A stretch of DNA of 64,000 nt from Clostridia bacterium (GTDB taxonomy: Bacteria; Bacillota; Clostridia; TANB77; CAG-465): contig JAZSNU010000020.1 in NCBI GenBank assembly GCA_045536565.1, forward strand, positions 64,001 to 128,000, written 5' to 3'. The notes under the pieces were generated by a model, which was given only the letters and a program-made list of their open reading frames with translations, made no database searches and was not told the origin of the DNA. Shown piece after piece: positions 31,123-40,272 of the stretch; the first letter of the stretch is position 1; each line of letters begins with the position of its first letter. The translations under genes and the position numbers were made by a program.

Positions 31123-31716
31123 ATGTATTCAGAATCAGTTCAAAAGTTAATTAAAGAGTTTGAAAAATTTCCTGGGATAGGTCATAAAACAGCAGTAAGG
31201 CTTGCCTTTTATGTTTTAGAAGAAGATGAATCTTTTGCTAAAAATATGGCAAGTGCAATTGTTGAAGCCAAGAGCAAAGTTAAATTTTGCTCTAAATGCT
31301 TTAATATGACAGATACTGACCCATGTTCAATATGCTCAAATCAAAAAAGAGATAAAGAGTTACTTTGCGTTGTAGAAGATGTAAAAGATGTAGTTGCAAT
31401 GGAAAAAACACATGAATTTAAAGGAATGTACCATGTACTTCATGGAGCAATATCTCCTATGAATAATGTGTCTGCCGCAGATATAAAGATAAAAGAATTA
31501 GTTTCAAGACTTTCAGATAATGAAATTAAAGAGGTAATTATTGCAACAAATCCTACTATTGAAGGTGAGGCAACAGCAATGTATATATCAAGACTTTTGA
31601 AACCATTAGGTGTAAAAGTTACTAGAATTGCACATGGAATACCAGTAGGAGGCGACCTAGAATATACTGATGAAATTACACTAATTAAAGCCTTAGAAGG
31701 TAGAAGGGAAATGTAA
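31123..31716 (+). CDS. recR: Recombination mediator RecR
   Basis: [13 protein letters not shown]4 zinc finger, [20 protein letters not shown]. Confidence 0.97.
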   Translation: MYSESVQKLIKEFEKFPGIGHKTAVRLAFYVLEEDESFAKNMASAIVEAKSKVKFCSKCFNMTDTDPCSICSNQKRDKELLCVVEDVKDVVAMEKTHEFKGMYHVLHGAISPMNNVSAADIKIKELVSRLSDNEIKEVIIATNPTIEGEATAMYISRLLKPLGVKVTRIAHGIPVGGDLEYTDEITLIKALEGRREM

Positions 31717-31717
31717 T

Positions 31718-33082
31718 ATGGATAAATTTAAAAAATTAAGACAAGATTATCCAATATTTGAATATAACTCATACAAAATAGAATATAACAAGGGAAACAT
31801 TAAAGTACAGTATTACTTTAATGTTCCTGGTCTTACCCAGTTTAGTCCAAGCTGGGATTTTCCATTTGCGGGAGAGTTAACAGAGCAGCAAAAAACATTA
31901 TTTGAAACTGTTATATTTAACTTGGGCATGGTTGAGGTTGTGTCATACTTAAAGGCAACTTGTTCACCAAAGCTTATTGTAAAAACCGGAGAGTTAAATA
32001 ATGAACAAATAGATTGGTATAAAAAGTTATATATTAATGGATTAGGAGAATTTTTCTATGTAAATGGGTTAGCGCATGAAATGAATATAGATACATTTGT
32101 AAATATTATATGTGAAACTGATAAAAGTCATATTGAAGCCAAAGAATCAAATATAGATTTAGATGGTAATTTAATACCAGTTGGTGGAGGGAAAGATTCT
32201 GTTTTAACATTAGAGGTGTTAGAAGAAGAAAAAAACACCAATACTTGTTATATTGTTAATCCGAGAGGGGCTTCATACGAATGTGCAAAAATGGCGGGAT
32301 ATGATGATAATGATATATATTGTCCAAAAAGATATTTAGATAAGAAAATAATAGAATTAAATAATCAAGGTTTCTTAAATGGACATACACCATTTTCCGC
32401 TATACTTGCATTTTCTTCATATGCATCTGCAATATTACTTGGTAAAAAATATATAGTGCTATCAAATGAGGATAGTGCAAATGAATCAAATGTTGAGGGA
32501 ACAAGTATAAATCATCAGTATTCAAAAAGTATTGAATTTGAAAATGATTTTAGGTATTATGCTAAAAAATATTTATGCCAAAATGGTCCGGAATATTTTA
32601 GTTTATTAAGACCAATAAGTGAATGGCAAATAGTAAAAGGGTTTGTAAAGAGTTCAAAATATTTTGAAATATTTAAAAGTTGTAATGTTGGTTCTAAAAC
32701 TGATATATGGTGTGAGGACTGTCCTAAATGTTTGTATGTATATATAATGTTAGATGCTTTTTTAGAAGATAGTTATATGAATAAAATATTTAAAACAAAT
32801 ATGCTTGAGAATAATAAATTAGAAAATATATTTAATGGTTTAGTATATCCAAATTATGACAAACCTTTTGAATGTGTAGGCACAAAAGAGGAAGTAAATC
32901 TGTGTATTGATATGATAATATCTAAACTAAAAAAACAAAACAAGGACTTACCAGTTCTTTTAAGAAACCATAAAGTAGAGCAAGAGTTGGAAGATAGAAT
33001 AAATAAAATGGTAAATAATTGGAATAACAATAATAATTTACCAAAAGAATTTGAAATAAAGTTGAGAGAATATTTAATGTAA
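31718..33082 (+). CDS. murL: UDP-MurNAc-L-Ala-L-Glu epimerase (MurL-like)
   Basis: GGGKDS, LNGHTPFSA, SNEDSA, NHQYSKS, YFSLLRP, SCN, WCEDCPKC, KPFECVG; directly upstream of murD. Confidence 0.8.
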   Translation: MDKFKKLRQDYPIFEYNSYKIEYNKGNIKVQYYFNVPGLTQFSPSWDFPFAGELTEQQKTLFETVIFNLGMVEVVSYLKATCSPKLIVKTGELNNEQIDWYKKLYINGLGEFFYVNGLAHEMNIDTFVNIICETDKSHIEAKESNIDLDGNLIPVGGGKDSVLTLEVLEEEKNTNTCYIVNPRGASYECAKMAGYDDNDIYCPKRYLDKKIIELNNQGFLNGHTPFSAILAFSSYASAILLGKKYIVLSNEDSANESNVEGTSINHQYSKSIEFENDFRYYAKKYLCQNGPEYFSLLRPISEWQIVKGFVKSSKYFEIFKSCNVGSKTDIWCEDCPKCLYVYIMLDAFLEDSYMNKIFKTNMLENNKLENIFNGLVYPNYDKPFECVGTKEEVNLCIDMIISKLKKQNKDLPVLLRNHKVEQELEDRINKMVNNWNNNNNLPKEFEIKLREYLM

Positions 33083-33097
33083 GTTTGAGGAGAATAC

Positions 33098-34384
33098 ATG
33101 TTAAAACAAAAAATAATAGAGGAACTTAAAAATAAAAAGGTATTAATTTTAGGTTTTGGAAGAGAAGGAAGAAGTACATATAACTTCATACAAAACAACA
33201 ATGTAAACTGTATATTGGGAGTAGCGGATAAGAATGAAATAGTAGATGAGAAAATAGTAAATAGTAATATAAGTTTATATACAGATGAAAAGTATTTAGA
33301 TAGTATATTTGAATATGATATTGTAATGAAATCACCTGGAATATCATTAAAAGATATTGATTATTCTAGTATTGAAGATAAAATAACATCTCAAACAGAA
33401 CTTTTCTTAAAGTATGCATCAAAAAAAACAATAGGTATAACAGGTACAAAGGGAAAAAGTACAACATCTTCTATTTTACACAATATGTTAAAAACAAAGT
33501 ATAACACAATGCTTGTTGGAAATATTGGTAAGCCAGTATTTGAAGAAATTGATAAATATAACGATATAGACTATTATGTGTATGAATTATCTTCTCACCA
33601 ATTAGAGCATGTAGGATATAGTCCTCATATATCGGTTTTACTTAATATGTATGAGGAGCATCTTGACCATTATAACTCATTTGACGAATATAAAGATGCA
33701 AAGAGAAATATATTTAAACATCAAAAAGAAACAGATTACTTAATATATAATCAAGATATGGAAGATATAATTTTAGGAGGTTATAGTCCAATACAAAACA
33801 TATTAGATATATCAAAAATAGATTTTGAAATTAAAACAAATCTTATTGGAAAGCATAATGAGTACAATATGAGTGTAGCAGTAACCATAGCAGTATTACT
33901 GGGTGTAGATAATATGAGCATATCAAATTCGTTGCAAGAATTTAAAGGACTTCCACATAGATTAGAATATGTAGGGAAATATAATAATATTTATTTTGTA
34001 GATGATTCTATTGCAACTATACCAGAGGCGACTATTTCTGCTATTGAAAGCATAGAAAATGTTAGCACAGTTATAATAGGTGGAATGGATAGGGGAATAG
34101 ATTATACTAATTTAATAGATTACCTTAATAATAGTAATTTAGATAATATAGTGTTAATGAATGATAGTGGAAAGAGAATATATGCTGGGTTAAACAAAAC
34201 AAATAGAAAAAACAATATAGTCATAGTAAATAGTTTAGAAGAAGCAGTAAAATATGCAATTCAGAATACAAACAAAAATATGACATGTCTATTATCTCCT
34301 GCCGCGGCAAGTTATGGAATATTCAAAAACTTTGAACAGCGAGGAGATAAATTTAAAGAATATATTATAAAATATACAAAATAA
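33098..34384 (+). CDS. murD: UDP-MurNAc-L-Ala:glutamate ligase (MurD2 type)
   Basis: GITGTKGKSTT, ELSSHQL, EHLDHY, GLPHRLE, LLSPAAASY..F.NFEQRG. Confidence 0.92.
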   Translation: MLKQKIIEELKNKKVLILGFGREGRSTYNFIQNNNVNCILGVADKNEIVDEKIVNSNISLYTDEKYLDSIFEYDIVMKSPGISLKDIDYSSIEDKITSQTELFLKYASKKTIGITGTKGKSTTSSILHNMLKTKYNTMLVGNIGKPVFEEIDKYNDIDYYVYELSSHQLEHVGYSPHISVLLNMYEEHLDHYNSFDEYKDAKRNIFKHQKETDYLIYNQDMEDIILGGYSPIQNILDISKIDFEIKTNLIGKHNEYNMSVAVTIAVLLGVDNMSISNSLQEFKGLPHRLEYVGKYNNIYFVDDSIATIPEATISAIESIENVSTVIIGGMDRGIDYTNLIDYLNNSNLDNIVLMNDSGKRIYAGLNKTNRKNNIVIVNSLEEAVKYAIQNTNKNMTCLLSPAAASYGIFKNFEQRGDKFKEYIIKYTK

Positions 34385-34432
34385 GGAACTTTTTTCCTTA
34401 TTTTTTTCTGTTGTTATAAAGTATAAAAACAA

Positions 34433-34449
34433 ATTACAAAAAAATTACA
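34433..34449 (-). promoter_or_regulatory. WalR/YycF-type binding site
   Basis: ATTACA-N5-ATTACA = TGTAAT-N5-TGTAAT on minus strand, upstream of the walR-like gene. Confidence 0.6.
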
Positions 34450-34526
34450 CTTTTTATACAAAAAGTATAGTCAAATTATATTTTTGTGATATAATTAATA
34501 CAAATTGATGTTAAAGAGGTGTCGGT

Positions 34527-35213
34527 ATGGATAAGAAAATATTAATAGTTGATGATGAAAAACCAATTGTTGATATATTAAAATTTAATCTAGAAAAAGA
34601 AGGATACAAAACTATCGAAGCATATGATGGAGAACAAGCAGTTGCTCTTGCTTTTGAATCAAATCCAGATTTAATAATATTGGATGTAATGCTTCCTAAA
34701 ATGGATGGGTTTACTGTATGTAAAAAAATAAGACAAAAATTAACTTGCCCAGTAATAATGCTTACAGCTAAAGAGGAAGTTGTAGATAAAATAATTGGTT
34801 TGGAACTTGGCGCAGATGACTATATGACAAAACCATTTAGTATCCGTGAATTAACTGCTAGAATTAAGGCTAATTTAAGAAAACATGTTATACAAGAAGA
34901 GGTTGAAGAAGAGAATCAAACTAGTATTAAAATTAAAGATTTGGTTCTAGATTCTGAAAAATATGTTGTAATAAAAAATGGAACAATAATTGACCTTACA
35001 ATGAAAGAGTTTGAAGTACTTAAACTTTTAGCAACTCATGCAGGACAAGTATTTACAAGAGAACAAATACTTAAAAATGTGTGGGGATATGATTACTATG
35101 GAGATTTAAGATCAGTTGATGTTACAATAAGAAGAATAAGAGAAAAAATTGAAGACAATACAGCTGAACCTAAATATATTATAACAAAAAGAGGAATAGG
35201 ATATTATGTTTAA
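34527..35213 (+). CDS. walR: OmpR-family response regulator, WalR/YycF-like
   Basis: ILIVDDEKPIVDILKFNLEKEGY, VWGYDYYGDLRSVDVTIRRIREKIED. Confidence 0.8.
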   Translation: MDKKILIVDDEKPIVDILKFNLEKEGYKTIEAYDGEQAVALAFESNPDLIILDVMLPKMDGFTVCKKIRQKLTCPVIMLTAKEEVVDKIIGLELGADDYMTKPFSIRELTARIKANLRKHVIQEEVEEENQTSIKIKDLVLDSEKYVVIKNGTIIDLTMKEFEVLKLLATHAGQVFTREQILKNVWGYDYYGDLRSVDVTIRRIREKIEDNTAEPKYIITKRGIGYYV

Positions 35214-36600
35214 ATCTATTAAATCAAGTATAAGAATATTTGCAATACTTATGGTACTTATTACATCTTTATTAACAATGATGTTGGTGTCATATAAGCA
35301 TACAGGAAAAATAGAGATTACATTTGACACACTAATTGTAGTAGCAATTGGTGTGTTAGTTTTAGTGGGCTTTATTGTGGCTACTGCAATTTCAAAAGGT
35401 ATAACTATGCCAATGAAAAAGATGGAAAAAGCCATGAATAATATACTAAGCGGAAGATTAAACAATGTAAATAAAAGAATGTTAACAGAACATGCAAAAT
35501 CAGAAGAAATGCAAAATTTTGTTGGTATTTTTGATGATATGATGAATATGATGGCAAAGAAAAACTTTGACCTAAATAGTGAAGAAAGTAAAACAGAGAT
35601 AATACTTGAACATATGGCAGATGGAGTAGTTGCTTTTTCTGTAAATAGGCAAGTGATACATATGAATAAAGCAGCAATGGAACTGCTTGGAATTACAAGT
35701 GGTGAGGATACATTTGAAAAAATTGTAAAGAAGATAGGTATAAAATTAGAATTTGATAAAATAATGTACCTTCCAAATTACAAGAATATTGAACAAGAAG
35801 TAAGTGTAAATGATAATGTTTTAAAACTTGTTTTAGTGCCATATCATAGCAATAAAATGATGCCTATGGGTGTTATATTAATAGTAAAGAATATAACAGA
35901 AAGTATTAAGTTGGATGATATGAGAAAAGAATTTGTTGCAAATGTTTCTCATGAGTTAAAAACACCACTTACATCGATTAAAGGATATTCCGAAACAATA
36001 TTAAATGGTGGTTTGTCACCCGAAGAAAGCGAAAGATTTATTAAAGTAATAAACAATGAAGCAAATAGAATGAATAGGCTTGTGCAAGATTTACTTCAAC
36101 TTTCTAGATTTGATTATCAGAAGAATAAATTTACAGCAGTTAAATTTAATTTAGATGATTTAGCAAAAGAAGTAGCAGAAAAAATGCAGTATGTAGCATC
36201 TGAGAAAAAGCATAAGTTAGAATGCATAATTAATATGGTGCCACCTCCAATATTTGCCGATAAAGATGCAATTGAGCAAGTAATAATAAATGTAGTAAGC
36301 AATAGTATTAAATATACACCAGATGGTGGAGAGATATTTATATATGTTGGAAATATTGCAGGTAAAGCATATATAAAAGTGGTGGACAATGGCATAGGTA
36401 TCCCAGAAAAAGATTTAAAAAGAATATTTGAAAGATTTTATAGGGTAGATAAAGCCCGTTCGAGAGAGATGGGTGGAACAGGTCTCGGTCTTTCTATTGT
36501 AAAAGAAATTGTAGATAAAAACAACGGAACAATTGAAATGAAGAGCGAACCAGGTAAAGGAACAGAAGTAATAATAACATTACCTACAAAAACAAATTAG
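35206..36600 (+). CDS. Sensor histidine kinase, WalK-like (TM-HAMP-PAS-HisKA-HATPase)
   Basis: MADGVVA PAS, FVANVSHELKTPLT, FYRVDKARSREMGGTGLGLSI. Confidence 0.88.
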   Translation: MFKSIKSSIRIFAILMVLITSLLTMMLVSYKHTGKIEITFDTLIVVAIGVLVLVGFIVATAISKGITMPMKKMEKAMNNILSGRLNNVNKRMLTEHAKSEEMQNFVGIFDDMMNMMAKKNFDLNSEESKTEIILEHMADGVVAFSVNRQVIHMNKAAMELLGITSGEDTFEKIVKKIGIKLEFDKIMYLPNYKNIEQEVSVNDNVLKLVLVPYHSNKMMPMGVILIVKNITESIKLDDMRKEFVANVSHELKTPLTSIKGYSETILNGGLSPEESERFIKVINNEANRMNRLVQDLLQLSRFDYQKNKFTAVKFNLDDLAKEVAEKMQYVASEKKHKLECIINMVPPPIFADKDAIEQVIINVVSNSIKYTPDGGEIFIYVGNIAGKAYIKVVDNGIGIPEKDLKRIFERFYRVDKARSREMGGTGLGLSIVKEIVDKNNGTIEMKSEPGKGTEVIITLPTKTN

Positions 36601-36614
36601 AAAGGATATATGGC

Positions 36615-37394
36615 ATGAAGATATTTGATACACACGCACATTATGACGATGAAAGGTATGAAAAAGATTTACAACAAGTTATAAAAGACAATTATGAAAG
36701 TGGAGTACTAAAAATAGTAAATGCATCGTATGACTTGGATAGTTCATTAAAATCAAAACAGCTTGCTAATAGATTTGACAATGTATACTATTCTGTTGGA
36801 ATTCATCCAGATAGTGTAAGAGAAAATGTAGATGAAGACATAGAGAAGTTAGAAAGCATCATACAAGCATATAAAGATAATACTAAATTAGTGGCAATAG
36901 GGGAAATAGGCTTAGATTATCACTATACAAAAGAGAACAAACTACTTCAAAAAGTGTATTTAGAAAAACAGTTAGAACTTGCTATAAAATATAATTTGCC
37001 AGTAATAATACATTGTAGAGATGCAAGTGATGATATGTATCATGTATTAAACAATGATAAATATAAAGATCTAAGTATAGTTTTTCATTGTTTTCAGCCG
37101 GCAGATGCAATTGTTAATCTTGTTATAAAAAGAAAATGGTTTATTGGATTGGGTGGAAATATAACATATAAAAGAAGTGCTCATAGCATAGATTTAATAA
37201 AATTAGTTCCTCTTGATCAAATTATGGTTGAGACAGATGCACCTTATTTGTCACCCGAGCCTGTACGAGGCACAAGAAATGAATCTAAAAATATAAAATA
37301 TGTAATACAAAAATTAGCAGAAGTGAAAGGCGTTGAAATAAAAACACTTCAAGAAATATTATATGATAATAGTCTTAAATTTTATAGAATATAA
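36615..37394 (+). CDS. tatD: TatD family nuclease
   Basis: DTHAH, GIHP, GEIGLDY, HCRDA, ETDAPYLSP. Confidence 0.95.
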   Translation: MKIFDTHAHYDDERYEKDLQQVIKDNYESGVLKIVNASYDLDSSLKSKQLANRFDNVYYSVGIHPDSVRENVDEDIEKLESIIQAYKDNTKLVAIGEIGLDYHYTKENKLLQKVYLEKQLELAIKYNLPVIIHCRDASDDMYHVLNNDKYKDLSIVFHCFQPADAIVNLVIKRKWFIGLGGNITYKRSAHSIDLIKLVPLDQIMVETDAPYLSPEPVRGTRNESKNIKYVIQKLAEVKGVEIKTLQEILYDNSLKFYRI

Positions 37395-37413
37395 CAAACA
37401 AAAATACAATAAT

Positions 37414-37442
37414 AAAAGTCATGGATAAACCCATGACTTTTT
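37414..37442. terminator. Bidirectional terminator
   Basis: aaaagtcatgg/ccatgactttt. Confidence 0.8.
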
Positions 37443-37460
37443 AATTTTTTATAATATATA

Positions 37461-37784
37461 TTAATCAACAAATGTATCTTTGATAGTTCTTACTACACCT
37501 TTAAGAATGTTTAATTGTTTATCAGTTAAATACATTTCGTTATCTTCTGCAATATCAGAATGTTTTAATGATTCGAACAATAAATAATCTAAACTAACAT
37601 CTAGAACATTTGCAAGACATACTATTGTTTCTAGACTAGGAGATTTTACGCCACGCTCAACATCACCAAGGAAGTTTGGAGATACACCAATTTCTTCTGC
37701 CAAGGCAAATTGTGTTAAATATTTTTCTTTACGAATTCTTCTAATTCTGTTACCTAAATCTTTATTATTTATTACAGCTGACAT
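37461..37784 (-). CDS. XRE-family HTH regulator
   Basis: LGNRIRRIR...TQFALAEEIGVS...VERGVKSPSLE...LDVSLDYL. Confidence 0.9.
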   Translation of the reverse strand: MSAVINNKDLGNRIRRIRKEKYLTQFALAEEIGVSPNFLGDVERGVKSPSLETIVCLANVLDVSLDYLLFESLKHSDIAEDNEMYLTDKQLNILKGVVRTIKDTFVD

Positions 37785-38058
37785 ATGTAATCACTCCTTT
37801 TACGCATAATTAAATATATAATATTTAGCAGTAAAATAGAACAAACTAAAAGATTGCAAACAAACACTAATAGGGTTATAATAAATATTGTGTGCTAAAA
37901 AAATGAAATATAAACAAAAGACTTAGCAAAACTATTTAATTATAAATAGGTGATAAGTATAAATTATTAAGTTGTTGCAAATGTTTACATAATGTGGTAT
38001 AATACAAAATGTATTTTATATACAAATTTATAATAAAATTATTATGGAGGAAAAAATT

Positions 38059-38658
38059 ATGACTAATGGATTTTTTAACCGGTACAAATTGCCTATATTT
38101 ATTGTAGGCGGGATTCTTGTAACAATTCTGTGTGTATACCTAATATCACTCGGAACAAAGACTCAGGCAAATAAGCTTGAAAACTATGTTGAAACGGCAG
38201 CAGCCGATATAACCATTGTGGAAAAGGAAAGAACAGACAAATTAGACACCTTGTTTGGAACTGTAAAGGCAAATGCAAAACACGAAAAAAGCATAATTGA
38301 TTCAATTACAAAGTCTAGACAAAGAATTTCTACTAGTTTAGAAGAAGGAAACTTAGGAGCAGTTCAGTCTGAAATGAGTAAGGTTGCTTCTACTATTGAA
38401 GTCCTTGTGGAAAATTATCCTGAAATATCAGCAACAAAAGCATATATTGAATTTATGAATGCATCTGCAATTGCTGAATCTAAGATATCATCTCATAGAA
38501 CCAATTATAATGCAGCAGTTCGTGAATACAATGATTTTGTTGACGGATCATTTAATAGAATGCTTTTAAAACTTTCTGGTTATAAGATAAAAACATTAGA
38601 ACTTCTTGACTTCGGCATTGTATATCAAGATCCTGTAAAATACGATTGGGAGGACTAA
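38059..38658 (+). CDS. Divergent LemA family protein
   Basis: TM, AKHE, VENYPEI, RTNYNAAVREYN. Confidence 0.8.
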   Translation: MTNGFFNRYKLPIFIVGGILVTILCVYLISLGTKTQANKLENYVETAAADITIVEKERTDKLDTLFGTVKANAKHEKSIIDSITKSRQRISTSLEEGNLGAVQSEMSKVASTIEVLVENYPEISATKAYIEFMNASAIAESKISSHRTNYNAAVREYNDFVDGSFNRMLLKLSGYKIKTLELLDFGIVYQDPVKYDWED

Positions 38659-38659
38659 T

Positions 38660-39508
38660 ATGAATTACAGGTCATCAGAGAGGTTTCATAATGTTACAAG
38701 AGGAGAAATAATAATAACATGTATAGCATTTGTTATATGGACTACTTTATGTATATTTATAAACATGTCTATAACTAATGCCACGACTAAAAGTAATGAA
38801 ATATATTATAAAGCTATTCAAATCGATAATGAACCAACCCTTTTTGCGTACGCTATGAAAACAAATGCTGGTAATGCGTTAGTGTATGGAGAAGTAAATC
38901 CTGTAGATACTGTAACGGATGAAATACTTAAACAAAACTATTTAGCTATAAAGGTGCATATTGATAAATATGTAGAAAAGGTTAAGTACGAAGATATTAC
39001 CGATGAAGATGGCAATGTAATTGGGCAAAGAGCAGTGCATTATGAGGAATGGGATAGTTACAAAACAATAGAAACCCATGCAAATGAAATAAACTTCTTA
39101 GGTAAAAACTTTCCATATTCTAAATTAGATTTATCAAATTATACAAAACTAGAACTTAATACAGATACAGTAAAAGATGGATTAGAAGGAAATACAAGGT
39201 GGAATTATTTTTATCCTTCTGGTAGATTATTTGCAAGAGTTGGAGATTATAGATATGAATACTATATTATTCCTTTAAAACAGAATATAACTGTATTAGC
39301 AAATTTGAGTGAAAACACAATGTATAATGTTAAATCTAGGGATAGAACAGTTGATGTTCATTACAATAAAACAATAGATCAAGTTATGAAAGATAGACAA
39401 CAAAGTAAAAATGGTTTGAATATACTGTTCACGGTATTTTGGTATATTATATTTGCATTTTTTGCATATGTTTTTATTAATTCTCGTAACAAATGGGCTG
39501 ATTGCTAA
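38660..39508 (+). CDS. Two-TM protein with large extracellular loop, partner of LemA
   Basis: TMs at both ends; starts 1 nt after LemA stop. Confidence 0.75.
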   Translation: MNYRSSERFHNVTRGEIIITCIAFVIWTTLCIFINMSITNATTKSNEIYYKAIQIDNEPTLFAYAMKTNAGNALVYGEVNPVDTVTDEILKQNYLAIKVHIDKYVEKVKYEDITDEDGNVIGQRAVHYEEWDSYKTIETHANEINFLGKNFPYSKLDLSNYTKLELNTDTVKDGLEGNTRWNYFYPSGRLFARVGDYRYEYYIIPLKQNITVLANLSENTMYNVKSRDRTVDVHYNKTIDQVMKDRQQSKNGLNILFTVFWYIIFAFFAYVFINSRNKWADC

Positions 39509-39598
39509 TTTAATCCAGAGCTATATTTTAGCTCTGGATTTTATCATGTTATATATGAAGTATATAAAAAAGCAGATCGTAAAAATCTGCTTTTCATA

Positions 39599-39674
39599 TG
39601 GTCGGAGTGACAGGACCCGAACCTGCGACCTCATGGTCCCAAACCACGCGCTCTACCAACTGAGCTACACCCCG
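39599..39674 (-). tRNA. tRNA-Pro(TGG)
   Basis: Reverse complement CGGGGTG...anticodon loop TTTGGGA...CACTCCG-ACCA; own TTGATT/TATAAT promoter and terminator 39568-39594. Confidence 0.95.
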
Positions 39675-39792
39675 ATATATTTTTGATACGCAAGTTATTA
39701 TAGCATGTTTTTTTACACAAATCAAGTTTTTTTATGCAAAATGATGAAAATTGCTTGTAAATATGATAAAATACCAGTATGGAGTGATTTGT

Positions 39793-40185
39793 ATGGAATG
39801 TTTTTGTGGAACAGATATTATAGAAGTATCAAGAGTTAAAGATGCAATATTAAATACAAGGGGATTTAAAGAAAAAATATATACATTAAAAGAAATTCAA
39901 GTTGGAAATAGCAAGTCAGAAAAAGTAATGTATGAATATTTTGCAGGAAGATTTGCAGCAAAAGAAGCAATATACAAAGCAGTGAGTAGTTTTAAGAATG
40001 ATTTTAACTTTTGGGAAGTTGAAATATTAAATGATAAAGATTTAAAAAATAGACCAATAGTTATATTTAAAAATGAAGAATTATTATCAATGCAAGATAG
40101 AGGATTTTTGAGTATTGATGTAAGTATTTCTCACATATCAGAATATGCTACTGCAACAGCAGTGGTTAAAGTGTCTAAACCTTAG
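39793..40185 (+). CDS. acpS: Holo-ACP synthase
   Basis: GTDIIEVSR, AGRFAAKEA, VSISH. Confidence 0.95.
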   Translation: MECFCGTDIIEVSRVKDAILNTRGFKEKIYTLKEIQVGNSKSEKVMYEYFAGRFAAKEAIYKAVSSFKNDFNFWEVEILNDKDLKNRPIVIFKNEELLSMQDRGFLSIDVSISHISEYATATAVVKVSKP

Positions 40186-40214
40186 AAAATACCTAAGTTT
40201 GACATAAATTTCAA

Positions 40215-40243
40215 TTGACAAATAAAGGGACCTGTGAGATAAT
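40215..40243 (+). promoter_or_regulatory. Sigma-A promoter of metG operon
   Basis: TTGACA-17-GATAAT with extended -10 TG. Confidence 0.7.
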
Positions 40244-40272
40244 TATATTTATAGAAAAAGCGAGGGATTAAC

